Positions 29,467 to 39,196 of a stretch of DNA of 64,000 nucleotides are shown here, one piece after another. Position 1 is the first letter of the stretch. Every line of letters begins with the position of its first letter. Source of the stretch: an uncultured bacterium (GTDB taxonomy: Bacteria > CSSED10-310 > CAZUFC01); NCBI GenBank assembly GCA_964619725.1, contig CAZUFC010000013.1, positions 32,001 through 96,000 of the forward strand. Reading direction: 5' to 3'. The position numbers and the translations under genes were made by a program. The notes under the pieces were generated by a model, which was not told the origin of the DNA, ran no database searches, and worked only from the letters and a program-made list of their open reading frames with translations.

Positions 29467-31767
29467 ATGATAAACGATTCTCAAAACTATTTTATTAAAT
29501 ATTCTCTGCTGGGCGCTTCACTGGTCCTCCTGTCTGTCGCTTTTATTTTGCTGCTCTATTTTTCTCTTAATCAAGGCGACTTCGACGTTATCTTCTTCCT
29601 GTCTTCAGGATTGCTTGGAGCGCTCATCTGCATCTATATCGTAACATCGAACATCACGAAGGAAATTAAACGTTTATTTTTCTTCCTGTTTGCATTTTTC
29701 ATCTTCTCCATGGCAGAAAGCATACTGGAAAACATACTCGTCGGAACCGCTGTCCGTCCGTATATCCTCCTTTTAACCGATATGATTATTCTCGCTTCTC
29801 TCGCCTTGAGCGTCCTGCACGTTATAAAACTGAACAAATTGAGTCGTAAATATACGCATCCGCTGTTTATCATTCTGGTGTTTATTTTTGCCTCCGGCCT
29901 GCTGATTCTTCAATTGAACCGGTTCATCATCAGCAGGATGTTTGTTGCATCCATCAATATGACAGATATCGATTCGATATTTTGCGCAATCCTCATGGTT
30001 TGCGCCTCTTTCGGATTGGGAATAAGGGCGATGGGATCAGATGACATTTCCAATATTACTCGGATGCTCGGTTTGACGTTGCTTTTCCTGTTGTCGGGAA
30101 GAATGGGCCTGAATATCTACGAATCGAACCGATTCTCACTCTCAATACCAATTATTCAATGCACGGCATCAACTGCTTATTACTTGAATTTCATCAGCCT
30201 GACCGCGCTCCTGTTCATTCCGCCCTTCATCTCAAAAGCGACCGAAAAAAAGGAAATTTCTAAGGAGCATTCCTCCTTGAATATCTATAAAGACCTGCTG
30301 GAAACGTCTTCCATGATCTTCGCCTGGCTTGACGGAAAATTCAACGTTAAATGGATCAATCGCGCTGCAGAAGAACAAACGGGATATCACAGAAATTTAT
30401 GGTTGAAGCCCGGGGCAGGCTGGCTTGGGTTCGTTTATCCTCCGGATATTGAAAAAGTCCGTAAATTGATGACGAATGTAAAGGCTCTGAACAGCAAGTG
30501 TAAAGTCAATGCCCGATTCATAATGAAGAATAGAAAAATTAAATATCTCGAATTAACCTGTTTCCCCCTCGATGTTTTTGCTAATGACGATTATTTCGGT
30601 CTTATCCTCCGCAATATTACTCCCCAGGTCAAAAAAAACCTGTACTGGCGTTACAGACTGAAAAAGAAAAAACTGCTTTTCGATATGCGCTCCATAGCGC
30701 TGAAAGCCAAAACCAGAGAACAATTTATTACAAATTCGCTCAGCGCCGCCGGCAAAATGCTTAACGGAATACCGGCCGCATGGTACATCAAAGAAGGAAA
30801 AAATCCTTTTCAATTGGTATATGCTGTCGATCATCATGATGATTTTAAAAATAATCTGAATGATTATAAAGGAACCTGGAAAAATTTGAATTTGGAAATC
30901 AAAATGATGATCCTCAAATCTTTGGAGAACAATACCAAAACAAACTCAATTAAAGAATGCCTTCTGAAATTTGAATTCGAAACTCAAGAAAATGTCGAAA
31001 TGGCCGTCCTCTTTAAAAAACATATAGTTAATGCTCCCACTGAACTGCTGATCGATCTCCTCAACCTGCTCAGAAAAATTTTTAAAGGCCGCTATAAAGA
31101 AAACTGCCGAATGAGAAACATCAGAGATGGAAAAATCGCATTCGCTCGCCTGAAAAGATTGATGAACTCCGGACGCTCACCTCTCAACCTCGATTCTTTG
31201 CTCGCCTTTCTATCCGCTGAGCTGACCGATATATTCAAATCCCAACAAATTTACTTCTACTTGCACGAATCAATGAAAAAACAATTTATTCTGAGGGAAG
31301 ACAATTCTCCTAATCAAGACATATCCTCCTTGCCGATAAAGCAAAACTTACCCGAAGATGTAGCTGTTCCTTCCGAGGTAATGGATAGTGATAATTTCGA
31401 TTTTCACGGCAGAGCCATATTAGATATCGAATCCGAAATAAATGTCGAGAATTGCCTTTTTATTCCCTGCTACTGGTGGAGAAGACCAAAAGCCATTATC
31501 GTTATGATTGACGTGAAAAATAAACAGCTTATGAAACAAAAAGAAATTCTCAAATTCTTATCCATCGTTTGCGCCTTATTGATTGAAAAAAATCTCCTGA
31601 CCGAAAAATCTTCTCTGATATCTCAGTCTCTTTCAGCTAAATATAAAATCTTAAGCGAAAATCAGAACAGAATAACGGAACTCATGGAAAAATACCAAAA
31701 AAAGAAATCAGCCTTCGAGAAACTGGTCCGAAAAAAAACAAATTCCGATATGGACAACAATCGCTGA
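29467..31767 (+). CDS. Multi-TM sensor-like protein with PAS and GAF-like domains and no evident output domain
   Basis: About 8 TMs, a PAS-like segment (LD....V.WIN.AAEE.TGY...W..FVYPPD), a GAF-like C-terminal region and a terminal coiled coil. Confidence 0.55.
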   Translation: MINDSQNYFIKYSLLGASLVLLSVAFILLLYFSLNQGDFDVIFFLSSGLLGALICIYIVTSNITKEIKRLFFFLFAFFIFSMAESILENILVGTAVRPYILLLTDMIILASLALSVLHVIKLNKLSRKYTHPLFIILVFIFASGLLILQLNRFIISRMFVASINMTDIDSIFCAILMVCASFGLGIRAMGSDDISNITRMLGLTLLFLLSGRMGLNIYESNRFSLSIPIIQCTASTAYYLNFISLTALLFIPPFISKATEKKEISKEHSSLNIYKDLLETSSMIFAWLDGKFNVKWINRAAEEQTGYHRNLWLKPGAGWLGFVYPPDIEKVRKLMTNVKALNSKCKVNARFIMKNRKIKYLELTCFPLDVFANDDYFGLILRNITPQVKKNLYWRYRLKKKKLLFDMRSIALKAKTREQFITNSLSAAGKMLNGIPAAWYIKEGKNPFQLVYAVDHHDDFKNNLNDYKGTWKNLNLEIKMMILKSLENNTKTNSIKECLLKFEFETQENVEMAVLFKKHIVNAPTELLIDLLNLLRKIFKGRYKENCRMRNIRDGKIAFARLKRLMNSGRSPLNLDSLLAFLSAELTDIFKSQQIYFYLHESMKKQFILREDNSPNQDISSLPIKQNLPEDVAVPSEVMDSDNFDFHGRAILDIESEINVENCLFIPCYWWRRPKAIIVMIDVKNKQLMKQKEILKFLSIVCALLIEKNLLTEKSSLISQSLSAKYKILSENQNRITELMEKYQKKKSAFEKLVRKKTNSDMDNNR

Positions 31768-31906
31768 CGCCTCATCTTAAGAATGCATTTCCAGCAAACC
31801 GCCGGTTGTTTTTATTTTTGAAAAATCCGGTTGGTTGATCAGAGACTGGATTCTGCTTGAAAGCTTTGGCGGGCGTCACCCTTGATAGAGTTCTGATGCT
31901 TGTGAT

Positions 31907-32716
31907 TCAATCGCTTTTTAACGGCTTGACTGCTGTGATCAGGCAGGCATATCCCTTTAAGAAACGTATCAGTTTATCCAGTCTCGTTATCGAATAGGTG
32001 AAGGGATAAATCATCGAATACAGCTTAAATGATTTTTCATGCTTCTTTAGTTCTGCAGCCGAACCCGGCGATATATGTCCGTCGCGCGCTTCACGGATAT
32101 TCTTGTTTTTTCTGAGAATTTTCATAAAGGTGAAATTTATGGCCGTTTCAATAAATTCGGTGAAGAAGCGGGAATATGTATCGGCGTTTTGGATTCGAAA
32201 GCCGGTTTTGTCGACCAGGGCTTCAAGTTTTTCCAGTTCATATCCTTCAATGACGTGACCGTAGAGATCGGGCGTTAAACCGATGCGCTTTTTCACTCGG
32301 TTAATGAGGAACCATTTTCCTGCCAGTGGAGTAGAAAGGATGAACCGGCCGCCGGGTTTCAGAATTCTGTATAGATCGAGCAGGCATTCCTGGTCGTTAT
32401 GGATATGTTCGAGGAAGTCGAGGGAAACGATCAGATCGAATGAATCATCAGCAAAAGGCAAGGGTCCTTTGCCGACCATCAGGACATTATCTTGGAGCAG
32501 TTGCACCGCGTTTAGAAGATTTTGCATATCCAGATCGGCATGGAGCCACATTCCGCCTTTTTTTCTAAGGAACCAGCTTAATGTGCCTTTTGCGCAGCCC
32601 AGGTCGAGCGCTTTACGGTTTTGATCGAAAGAAATAATTTCATCAAGCAGTTTGAGTTTTTCCTTTTTTTTGAGACTTTTTTCAAAGATTCGCAACTGCC
32701 AGGGTATATTGTTCAT
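31907..32716 (-). CDS. Class I SAM-dependent methyltransferase
   Basis: ALDLGCAKG, LPFADDSFD.I...FLEHI, RILKPGGRFILSTP. Confidence 0.9.
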   Translation of the reverse strand: MNNIPWQLRIFEKSLKKKEKLKLLDEIISFDQNRKALDLGCAKGTLSWFLRKKGGMWLHADLDMQNLLNAVQLLQDNVLMVGKGPLPFADDSFDLIVSLDFLEHIHNDQECLLDLYRILKPGGRFILSTPLAGKWFLINRVKKRIGLTPDLYGHVIEGYELEKLEALVDKTGFRIQNADTYSRFFTEFIETAINFTFMKILRKNKNIREARDGHISPGSAAELKKHEKSFKLYSMIYPFTYSITRLDKLIRFLKGYACLITAVKPLKSD

Positions 32717-32717
32717 T

Positions 32718-33740
32718 TCAGCGCCTGATCAACTTTCTTACAAGGTTGTAACCGGCTATGGTTTCACCAATAAAGGCCTTGAAGTTTTCCGTCGGTATGC
32801 CAAGTATTGTTTTTCTGGTAAGTCTGTCGCATTGGGAGCAGGGCGAATAGGGCGCCGGTTCTTTTTCAATCAGTTGTTTTCTTAATCGTTTCATATGATT
32901 TCCGTTCCAGATGGAGAAGAGCGGCGTCTCTGCTGCAGAGCCCAAGGTCATTTTAGAATACCAGTCCTGTGGGCAGGGGACGACGGTTCCGTCCCATAGA
33001 ATGGTAAGGGCGTACCAGGGAAATGTGCAGACAGATTTTATCATTGGTTTTTGGGTAACTTCATGGTTTTCATCGAGAGAAATGTTGCCGGCCCAATTAT
33101 GGGGTCTTTTTATGTATAATTTATCCAGTTCAAGATTTTCAAACATGGAGATGAATTGAGACTTCGCTTTTTCATCAACAGGCTCCGAGGGATTTTCAAT
33201 TACCTGGATAATGGTGTAGGGTGACTTTTTATTTAATTTTTTTTTGGTTTCGAGAAACCGGAGTATATTTCCCAGCACCTTCTCATAATCGCCTCCGATG
33301 CGCACTTTTTCATAACCTTTGCTGTCGTAACCGTCGAAAGAGAACGACAATAAATCCACCCCGCTATGGAGAAGTTCTTCGGTCAAGGCATGGTCAAGCA
33401 GCATTCCGTTAGTGTGCAAACGAACAGAGATGCCGCAGCTATGAGCATAATTGATCATATCGATCAGACGGGGATGGAATAATGACTCACCTCGATGACT
33501 TATGTTCACGTCGTTGACTGATCCGGCAGCCTGAGACATGATATGACGGAAAAGATTGTAATCCATGTCTCCCCGGGGAGAAGTCCGATCTGTGGAATTC
33601 GGGCAAAATGTGCACCGGAGATTGCAGCGGTTCGTCGCCTCGACCCACATTCGAAGAGGTCCATACGGGAGTTCCAGGGATTTTCTTTTAAAATGATGAA
33701 ATATTTTGACGGTTTTCCACAATCTTTCAGCAGCTTTCAA
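32718..33740 (-). CDS. Radical SAM protein with SPASM/twitch domain
   Basis: TNRCNLRCTFC, GESLFHP, TNG.LL, CTFPW..L.I.WDG.V.PC, CSQC. Confidence 0.9.
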   Translation of the reverse strand: MKAAERLWKTVKIFHHFKRKSLELPYGPLRMWVEATNRCNLRCTFCPNSTDRTSPRGDMDYNLFRHIMSQAAGSVNDVNISHRGESLFHPRLIDMINYAHSCGISVRLHTNGMLLDHALTEELLHSGVDLLSFSFDGYDSKGYEKVRIGGDYEKVLGNILRFLETKKKLNKKSPYTIIQVIENPSEPVDEKAKSQFISMFENLELDKLYIKRPHNWAGNISLDENHEVTQKPMIKSVCTFPWYALTILWDGTVVPCPQDWYSKMTLGSAAETPLFSIWNGNHMKRLRKQLIEKEPAPYSPCSQCDRLTRKTILGIPTENFKAFIGETIAGYNLVRKLIRR

Positions 33741-34053
33741 TTTTTATCCTCTTTTTATTCCCGGTTTTTTTTCAAACAACCGCTTCCGGTTTTTCCGGAA
33801 AATCCTTCAGAAATTCAATTGAAGAACAGAATATTTGTCAAGTTTTTTCGAGTCGGCGACTGTCGATAAAATCGATTCACGATTGAAATTTTAATGCCGC
33901 ACATGCGCTCGCAGTCTCTTTTACATGCAAGAATCCAAGGCAGACTATGGAAGGAGGATAGACAGACGGAAATATAAAAGTTATTATGGAAAGGGTTGCT
34001 TATGAAAGCGAACGAAAAAACAAACGGCAAGTGATGGAAAAGGAGGCGATTTT

Positions 34054-34362
34054 ATGTCGAAATTCAACATAATGAAACAGGCGAAACAAATGGCGGAGAA
34101 GATGCAGAAAATGAAACAGGAGCTGTCTGCCCGAGTCATCGAGGCGTCGGTCGGCGGTGGTATGGTTACGGTGCAGGCTAATGGAGAAAATAAGATAATC
34201 TCTATTAAGATTGAACCGGAAGTTATCGATCCGGATGATCCGGAAATGCTGGAGGACCTTATAGTTTCAGCCGTTAATGAAGCCTTGAGGCGCGTTCAGG
34301 AAATGGTTAACGAGGAAATGTCTCAGGTTACGGGTGGAATGAACATTCCGGGGCTCTTCTGA
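34054..34362 (+). CDS. ybaB: YbaB/EbfC nucleoid-associated protein
   Basis: MKQA..M..KM...GGGMV.V.ANG...DPDDPEMLEDLI..AVN.AL. Confidence 0.95.
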   Translation: MSKFNIMKQAKQMAEKMQKMKQELSARVIEASVGGGMVTVQANGENKIISIKIEPEVIDPDDPEMLEDLIVSAVNEALRRVQEMVNEEMSQVTGGMNIPGLF

Positions 34363-34481
34363 TTTTATCCGAGAAGCCCGGAATTTCGTTCCCTTGCTCA
34401 GCATGCGGCCTGAAAAAAAACGGGAAAGTCTGTCCTTTAGGAAATTGTGCCCCTCGATAAAAAATTACCGGACTATTACTA

Positions 34482-35087
34482 ATGAATGCATTTTCAAAAA
34501 CCATCAACAGACTCATTGAAGAATTCCGAAAATTTCCGGGAATAGGTCCCAAAACGGCTCAGCGATTTGCCTATCATGTTCTGAAAAAACCTGACGAAGA
34601 AATCCGGCGCCTGGCCGCCGCCCTGATCGATACAAAAGAGAAAGTGCATATGTGTTCCCGTTGCTTCAATTTTACGGAAGATGAAATTTGCAGCATCTGC
34701 AGGGACCCTAAAAGGAATTACCGTTTGCTGTGCGTTGTTGAAGAAGCCTTCGTCATTCCGATTATTGAAAAAACGAACGAATTCAATGGGGTTTATCATG
34801 TTCTCAAAGGTGCATTGAATCCTCTTAAAGGAACGGGACCGGAACAATTGAAGATTCAGGAGTTAAAAAGCAGGATAGAGAAGGAAAAGATAGAGGAGGT
34901 CATCATAGCCACGAATCCGAACATCGAAGGAGAAGCCACTGCACTGTACGTGACGAAAATTCTCAGACCCCTGGGGATCAAACTGACGCGAATCGCTCAC
35001 GGTTTGCCAATAGGAAGCGATCTGGAATATGCGGACCAGGCGACTATGGCTCAATCTTTAATGGGAAGGATAGAGTTGAAAGAGTGA
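34482..35087 (+). CDS. recR: Recombination mediator RecR
   Basis: PGIGPKTAQR, C4 zinc finger, YHVL.G, ATNPNIEGEATA, GLP.G.DLEYAD. Confidence 0.97.
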   Translation: MNAFSKTINRLIEEFRKFPGIGPKTAQRFAYHVLKKPDEEIRRLAAALIDTKEKVHMCSRCFNFTEDEICSICRDPKRNYRLLCVVEEAFVIPIIEKTNEFNGVYHVLKGALNPLKGTGPEQLKIQELKSRIEKEKIEEVIIATNPNIEGEATALYVTKILRPLGIKLTRIAHGLPIGSDLEYADQATMAQSLMGRIELKE

Positions 35088-35328
35088 CTCGCTGTAGTAT
35101 TTCAATCGAAGTATTCGCAGAAATTCAATTAGGTTTTGTAGTCTCCTGATTTTCCGTATTTTCCGGGGCTAAATGACATAGCAAGATGCTGTGTTATTTC
35201 AGGAGGGTAAATTTGCAAATTTTTAACGACTTTCTGGACAGGCGCTGCTGAGTTGACTTTTGGTTTGTTTTCTATAAAAATTTACTGATTCGAGAGTGAA
35301 GTTTTTAATTTTCGCCCAAGGAAGGATT

Positions 35329-36117
35329 ATGATCATGATGATAAAAAAAACTGTTAGTGTGAAGATTCTTGCGCTGATTTGCTGTTCTTTTTTTTATTCC
35401 TTCACTGAAACTGCGTCAGCAAGCGGAGCCGCTCGTGAAGAAATAAAATTCAAGTCCGGGGATGTCGAATTGCAGGGTACTTTGACAATTCCTGAGTCAA
35501 AAACCCCGAGTTATTGCATAGTGATTTTCGTGGGGGCGCAGCCCTGGGACAGGGATGGAAATATAAACGGCGGTCAGGATTACAACATTTATAAGGGATT
35601 GGAAGTGGAGCTGGCTGATGCGGATTTAGCCGTTTTTCGTTATGACAAAAGAGGGACGGGGAAGAGTGAAGGAGCCTTTACTACAAATATAGAGACGTTA
35701 AAAAAAGATGCGGAAGCAGGATTGAAATACCTTCATTCCGATAGAGGTTTCGATAAGAACAAGATAATATTTCTGGGACACAGCCTGGGTACAGCGATAG
35801 CGGCTGAATTAGCCGCATTTAAACCTTATGCTGCTGTTCTTTTATCCCCGGTAATCCCGCCGGAAAAACTGAAACAATTCGACTGTCCTCTTCTGCTGAT
35901 TAAAGGAAAAGAAGATAAAAGCATAAAAGAATATGAATTCTCAGAATTGTCTGAAAAAGCCGGAAATCTTAATGCCGCATCCCGGTCAATCATAGTTCCT
36001 GATACTGGTCATATTTTTCTGTCAATAAAAAAAGCGGAAACTGAAGATACTCTGATTTCAACGATAAAGCCGGAGGTTCCCGTTGGTATAATCGATTGGC
36101 TGAACGGACTGGAATAG
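35329..36117 (+). CDS. Exported alpha/beta hydrolase
   Basis: Signal peptide, L.GTLT.P, DRDG, RYDKRGTGKS, nucleophile motif GHSLG, G..D, GH. Confidence 0.85.
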   Translation: MIMMIKKTVSVKILALICCSFFYSFTETASASGAAREEIKFKSGDVELQGTLTIPESKTPSYCIVIFVGAQPWDRDGNINGGQDYNIYKGLEVELADADLAVFRYDKRGTGKSEGAFTTNIETLKKDAEAGLKYLHSDRGFDKNKIIFLGHSLGTAIAAELAAFKPYAAVLLSPVIPPEKLKQFDCPLLLIKGKEDKSIKEYEFSELSEKAGNLNAASRSIIVPDTGHIFLSIKKAETEDTLISTIKPEVPVGIIDWLNGLE

Positions 36118-36162
36118 GATCAAGCCGGCAGACTTGTTAAAGCACATGGAAAAAGGGCTATT

Positions 36163-36789
36163 ATGAACGAGAAAGTAATTCTGATCGGCATCGCCGGAGG
36201 AACGGGTTCCGGAAAAACGACCATCGCGAACAATATAATCGCTGAATTATCCCCGCAGACTGCCAGGATGATTGATTACGATTCCTATTACAAAGACCTG
36301 AGTCACCTGTCCATTGAAGAGCGGAAAAAAGTAAATTTTGATCATCCCAATGCAATGGACAATGATTTGTTTTACAATCATCTCAATTTATTAAAAAGCC
36401 GGCAGGCGATCGACAAGCCTGTGTATAATTACATGAGCCATACCAGGATGGATGAAGCCGTCAAAATCGAGCCTAAGCCCGTTATTATCGTGGAGGGTCT
36501 TCTTTTATTTGTTGAGAAAAGGATCAGAAATTTATTCGACATCAAGTTATTCGTCGACACTGACGCTGACGTCAGGGTTCTGAGACGGATAAGACGCGAC
36601 CTGCATGAAAGAGGGCGTTCTTTGGAAAGCATCGAAAGACAGTATATGATTTCCGTGAGGCCTATGCATTTGGAATTTGTCGAACCGAGCAAAAGATGGG
36701 CTGATTTGATTATACCGGAAGGCGGATTCAACCAGGTCGCCCGAGATATGATCATAGCGCGTATAAATAATTTGTCGGAAACTGAATAA
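36163..36789 (+). CDS. udk: Uridine kinase
   Basis: IGIAGGTGSGKTT, DSYYKD, NFDHP.A, RR..RD..ERGR, VRPMH.EFVEPSK.WAD.IIP.GG.N. Confidence 0.96.
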   Translation: MNEKVILIGIAGGTGSGKTTIANNIIAELSPQTARMIDYDSYYKDLSHLSIEERKKVNFDHPNAMDNDLFYNHLNLLKSRQAIDKPVYNYMSHTRMDEAVKIEPKPVIIVEGLLLFVEKRIRNLFDIKLFVDTDADVRVLRRIRRDLHERGRSLESIERQYMISVRPMHLEFVEPSKRWADLIIPEGGFNQVARDMIIARINNLSETE

Positions 36790-36872
36790 AACCTGTAATC
36801 CGGACCTGACAGCCTGCCCTTAATTCAAGAGAAGATTGCCGGCTTTCATTTAGAGACATTTAGTTCAAAGAT

Positions 36873-37355
36873 TCATTTTCTTTCTGTATGGCAGTCCAGA
36901 CATCTGATGGGCGCATTTACTCCGGGATTTTTCTGAAGTGTTTCTCTGTGACAGCCCACGCAAGTCTTATGCATAGCTTCTTTCATGTTTAAAGAGGCAT
37001 CATGCATGCCATGACAGGAGGAACATTTCCTGCAAGTATTCTCGCCTTTTTGTTTATGATGACACCGGCGACAATCATTGCCGGCTAATCGTATATGAAG
37101 TTCATGCTCCTTGAAAATAAGCGGCATGTAACGTGTTGTAGCTTCAGTAATCGCATCCAGAATGAATACTTCCTTTTTCTGCCCGGTTCCGGTCGTGTTG
37201 GATTGAACTTCGGTCTGTTCAGCCCATACGATTGACGTCTTATCGGCGAAGGTGAAAGAAGCAAGGGAGAGAACCCATAACACTGCCGGAAAAACTTTTA
37301 TTAGTGATATTCTTGTGGCTGACAGGAACAATTCATCATTTTTGCCTATTCTCAT
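36873..37355 (-). CDS. Periplasmic tetraheme cytochrome c3-family protein
   Basis: Signal/TM segment, F.H..H, four CxxCH motifs (CRRCH, CSSCH, CVGCH, CLDCH) and AMH. Confidence 0.85.
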   Translation of the reverse strand: MRIGKNDELFLSATRISLIKVFPAVLWVLSLASFTFADKTSIVWAEQTEVQSNTTGTGQKKEVFILDAITEATTRYMPLIFKEHELHIRLAGNDCRRCHHKQKGENTCRKCSSCHGMHDASLNMKEAMHKTCVGCHRETLQKNPGVNAPIRCLDCHTERK

Positions 37356-37356
37356 T

Positions 37357-38961
37357 TTAGTTCATCCCCTCGTTTTTTAAAATAAGCTGCGTTGTAATAT
37401 ATCCCGAAAACTGAGCGCCGCTGACTCCATGAGACGGATAGACCCAGGAGCCGGCGAGGTACAAACCCGGGACGGGCGTATCGTTAAACAGCCGGATGTA
37501 TTGATCGGCAGTAAATTCCCAGCCGTAGGGAATGCCGTTTTTTTGAAGAGTAAAATTCTGCAGGGTACGCGGGGTCATTATTTCTTTAACGACAACATGC
37601 TCCTGTAATCCTGGAAGAATCGATTCAGCCGTTTCGATCAATTTTCGGGCAATTCTGTTTTTCATTTCCAAATAAGATTTCCTGTCGGCGGGCCATGCTT
37701 TTATATCCGAATAAGATGTGAGCGTAAGAACGGAAGAGCCTTCAGGCGCATACCAATCATCACCCAAATTACCGTAGAACGCCAACGCTATCATCCCTTT
37801 TTCGTAATTTCCCGACATCATATTCTCATACATCGAGTCTTCATCATAGCTCGCATTATAGAAAACTTCGTATTCATTGATGTTCCAGAAGTCCGGTTCC
37901 ACATCCAGTCCCAGATAGACGCAGACAAGCGAATTTCCTGGCTTCAGCTTTTCGAGCTTTTCCAGAATGCTTCCCGGCGTTTTCTCCCTGCCCAGTAATT
38001 CTAAAAAAGTCTGATACGGATCAGCCGTTGAAATCACATACTTTGATCGATATATATCGCCGAATTCCGTTTGTACTCCCGTTACTCGCCCTTTCTCCGT
38101 CAATATGGATTCAACCAGCGTTCCAACCAGAATTGTACCGCCCAATTCCCTTATTCGCTCAGCATAAGCATCCGAAAGAGCCTGAGAAGAGCCTTTGATG
38201 TGCCAGGCGCCTTCCGTCCAGTATGAATAATTCGCCAGCATGAAAAAAGGCCCCCATAATCTGGAAGGCGGCGGTCCGTAGAAAATCCAGAGCTGTGAAA
38301 GTGCGGATTTCAATTCTTCATCTCTTATCCGGGAATTTAAAATATCCTGAAGACTTTTATTCCGATTTTTAAATAAATCCCGCTGCCTGAAAGGAATGCC
38401 GATTTTCTTGAAAAATGATCGGACAGGCCCCGCTGAAAATATGTTGCGCAATTCCGACATGTCTGAATTCAGCCTTTGCGTTAAATTCATAAAATCGTTT
38501 ATTCCGCTTCCCTCCTCAGGCCATTTTCTTATAAAAGCCTGCCGGGCTTCCTCAAATTCCACCGGACACGTAAAATCTGTTGCAGGGAAAATAGAACGGT
38601 ATAATTCAGGAATCCTGATGAATTCTACTTTCTCATAGACCCCGGCCTCGCGCAGCAATTCTGCCAGCGCGCCCCTTCCGCCTCCTCCGCTCATTTCATG
38701 CAAGGACGCATCAAAATTGAAATCGCCCCGTGAAAAAGAGGACGTACACCCGCCGACCTTATGATGCTGTTCAAGAAGTAATACTCTGAAACCGTTTCGA
38801 GCAAGATGAACTCCCGCCGATAAGCCGCCCATGCCGGTGCCTATGACCGAAACATCATAATCGAAATTTATTGACTGCTCTCTTCTTCTCAATCGGCAGG
38901 CGACTAAAATGGTCGCTGAAATTAAAAAAAATATCCAAAATGTCCTCATATATGCCTTCAT
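37357..38961 (-). CDS. FAD-dependent oxidoreductase, phytoene desaturase/retinol saturase-like family, with putative lipoprotein signal
   Basis: YDV.VIG.G.GGL, LEQH..VGG, GSSQALSDA, TP.T, GLYLAG.W..P.HGV.GA. N-terminal hydrophobic stretch ends ILVAC. Start is ATG 38961 (AGGAG SD) or ATG 39000. Confidence 0.85.
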   Translation of the reverse strand: MKAYMRTFWIFFLISATILVACRLRRREQSINFDYDVSVIGTGMGGLSAGVHLARNGFRVLLLEQHHKVGGCTSSFSRGDFNFDASLHEMSGGGGRGALAELLREAGVYEKVEFIRIPELYRSIFPATDFTCPVEFEEARQAFIRKWPEEGSGINDFMNLTQRLNSDMSELRNIFSAGPVRSFFKKIGIPFRQRDLFKNRNKSLQDILNSRIRDEELKSALSQLWIFYGPPPSRLWGPFFMLANYSYWTEGAWHIKGSSQALSDAYAERIRELGGTILVGTLVESILTEKGRVTGVQTEFGDIYRSKYVISTADPYQTFLELLGREKTPGSILEKLEKLKPGNSLVCVYLGLDVEPDFWNINEYEVFYNASYDEDSMYENMMSGNYEKGMIALAFYGNLGDDWYAPEGSSVLTLTSYSDIKAWPADRKSYLEMKNRIARKLIETAESILPGLQEHVVVKEIMTPRTLQNFTLQKNGIPYGWEFTADQYIRLFNDTPVPGLYLAGSWVYPSHGVSGAQFSGYITTQLILKNEGMN

Positions 38962-39196
38962 ACGACGTCTCCTTGAGTTGTTCTTCTGATCATATATCAT
39001 GGCTTCCGCTTAAGGGCAAGTGTACCTCAATGTCCCGAACGCCCTGGCGGTTTTTGGGATTGACAAACTCGTTTTTAAATTATATGAATTAGTCCTAAAC
39101 TTAAATCGGATTTTTTCAAGAAGTCTGTCCGATTGCTCGAAGGTGTTTTTTCGTTTTTTTGATTTTTTCGGTACAACAAAAAAGGAGGTCCTGCTT

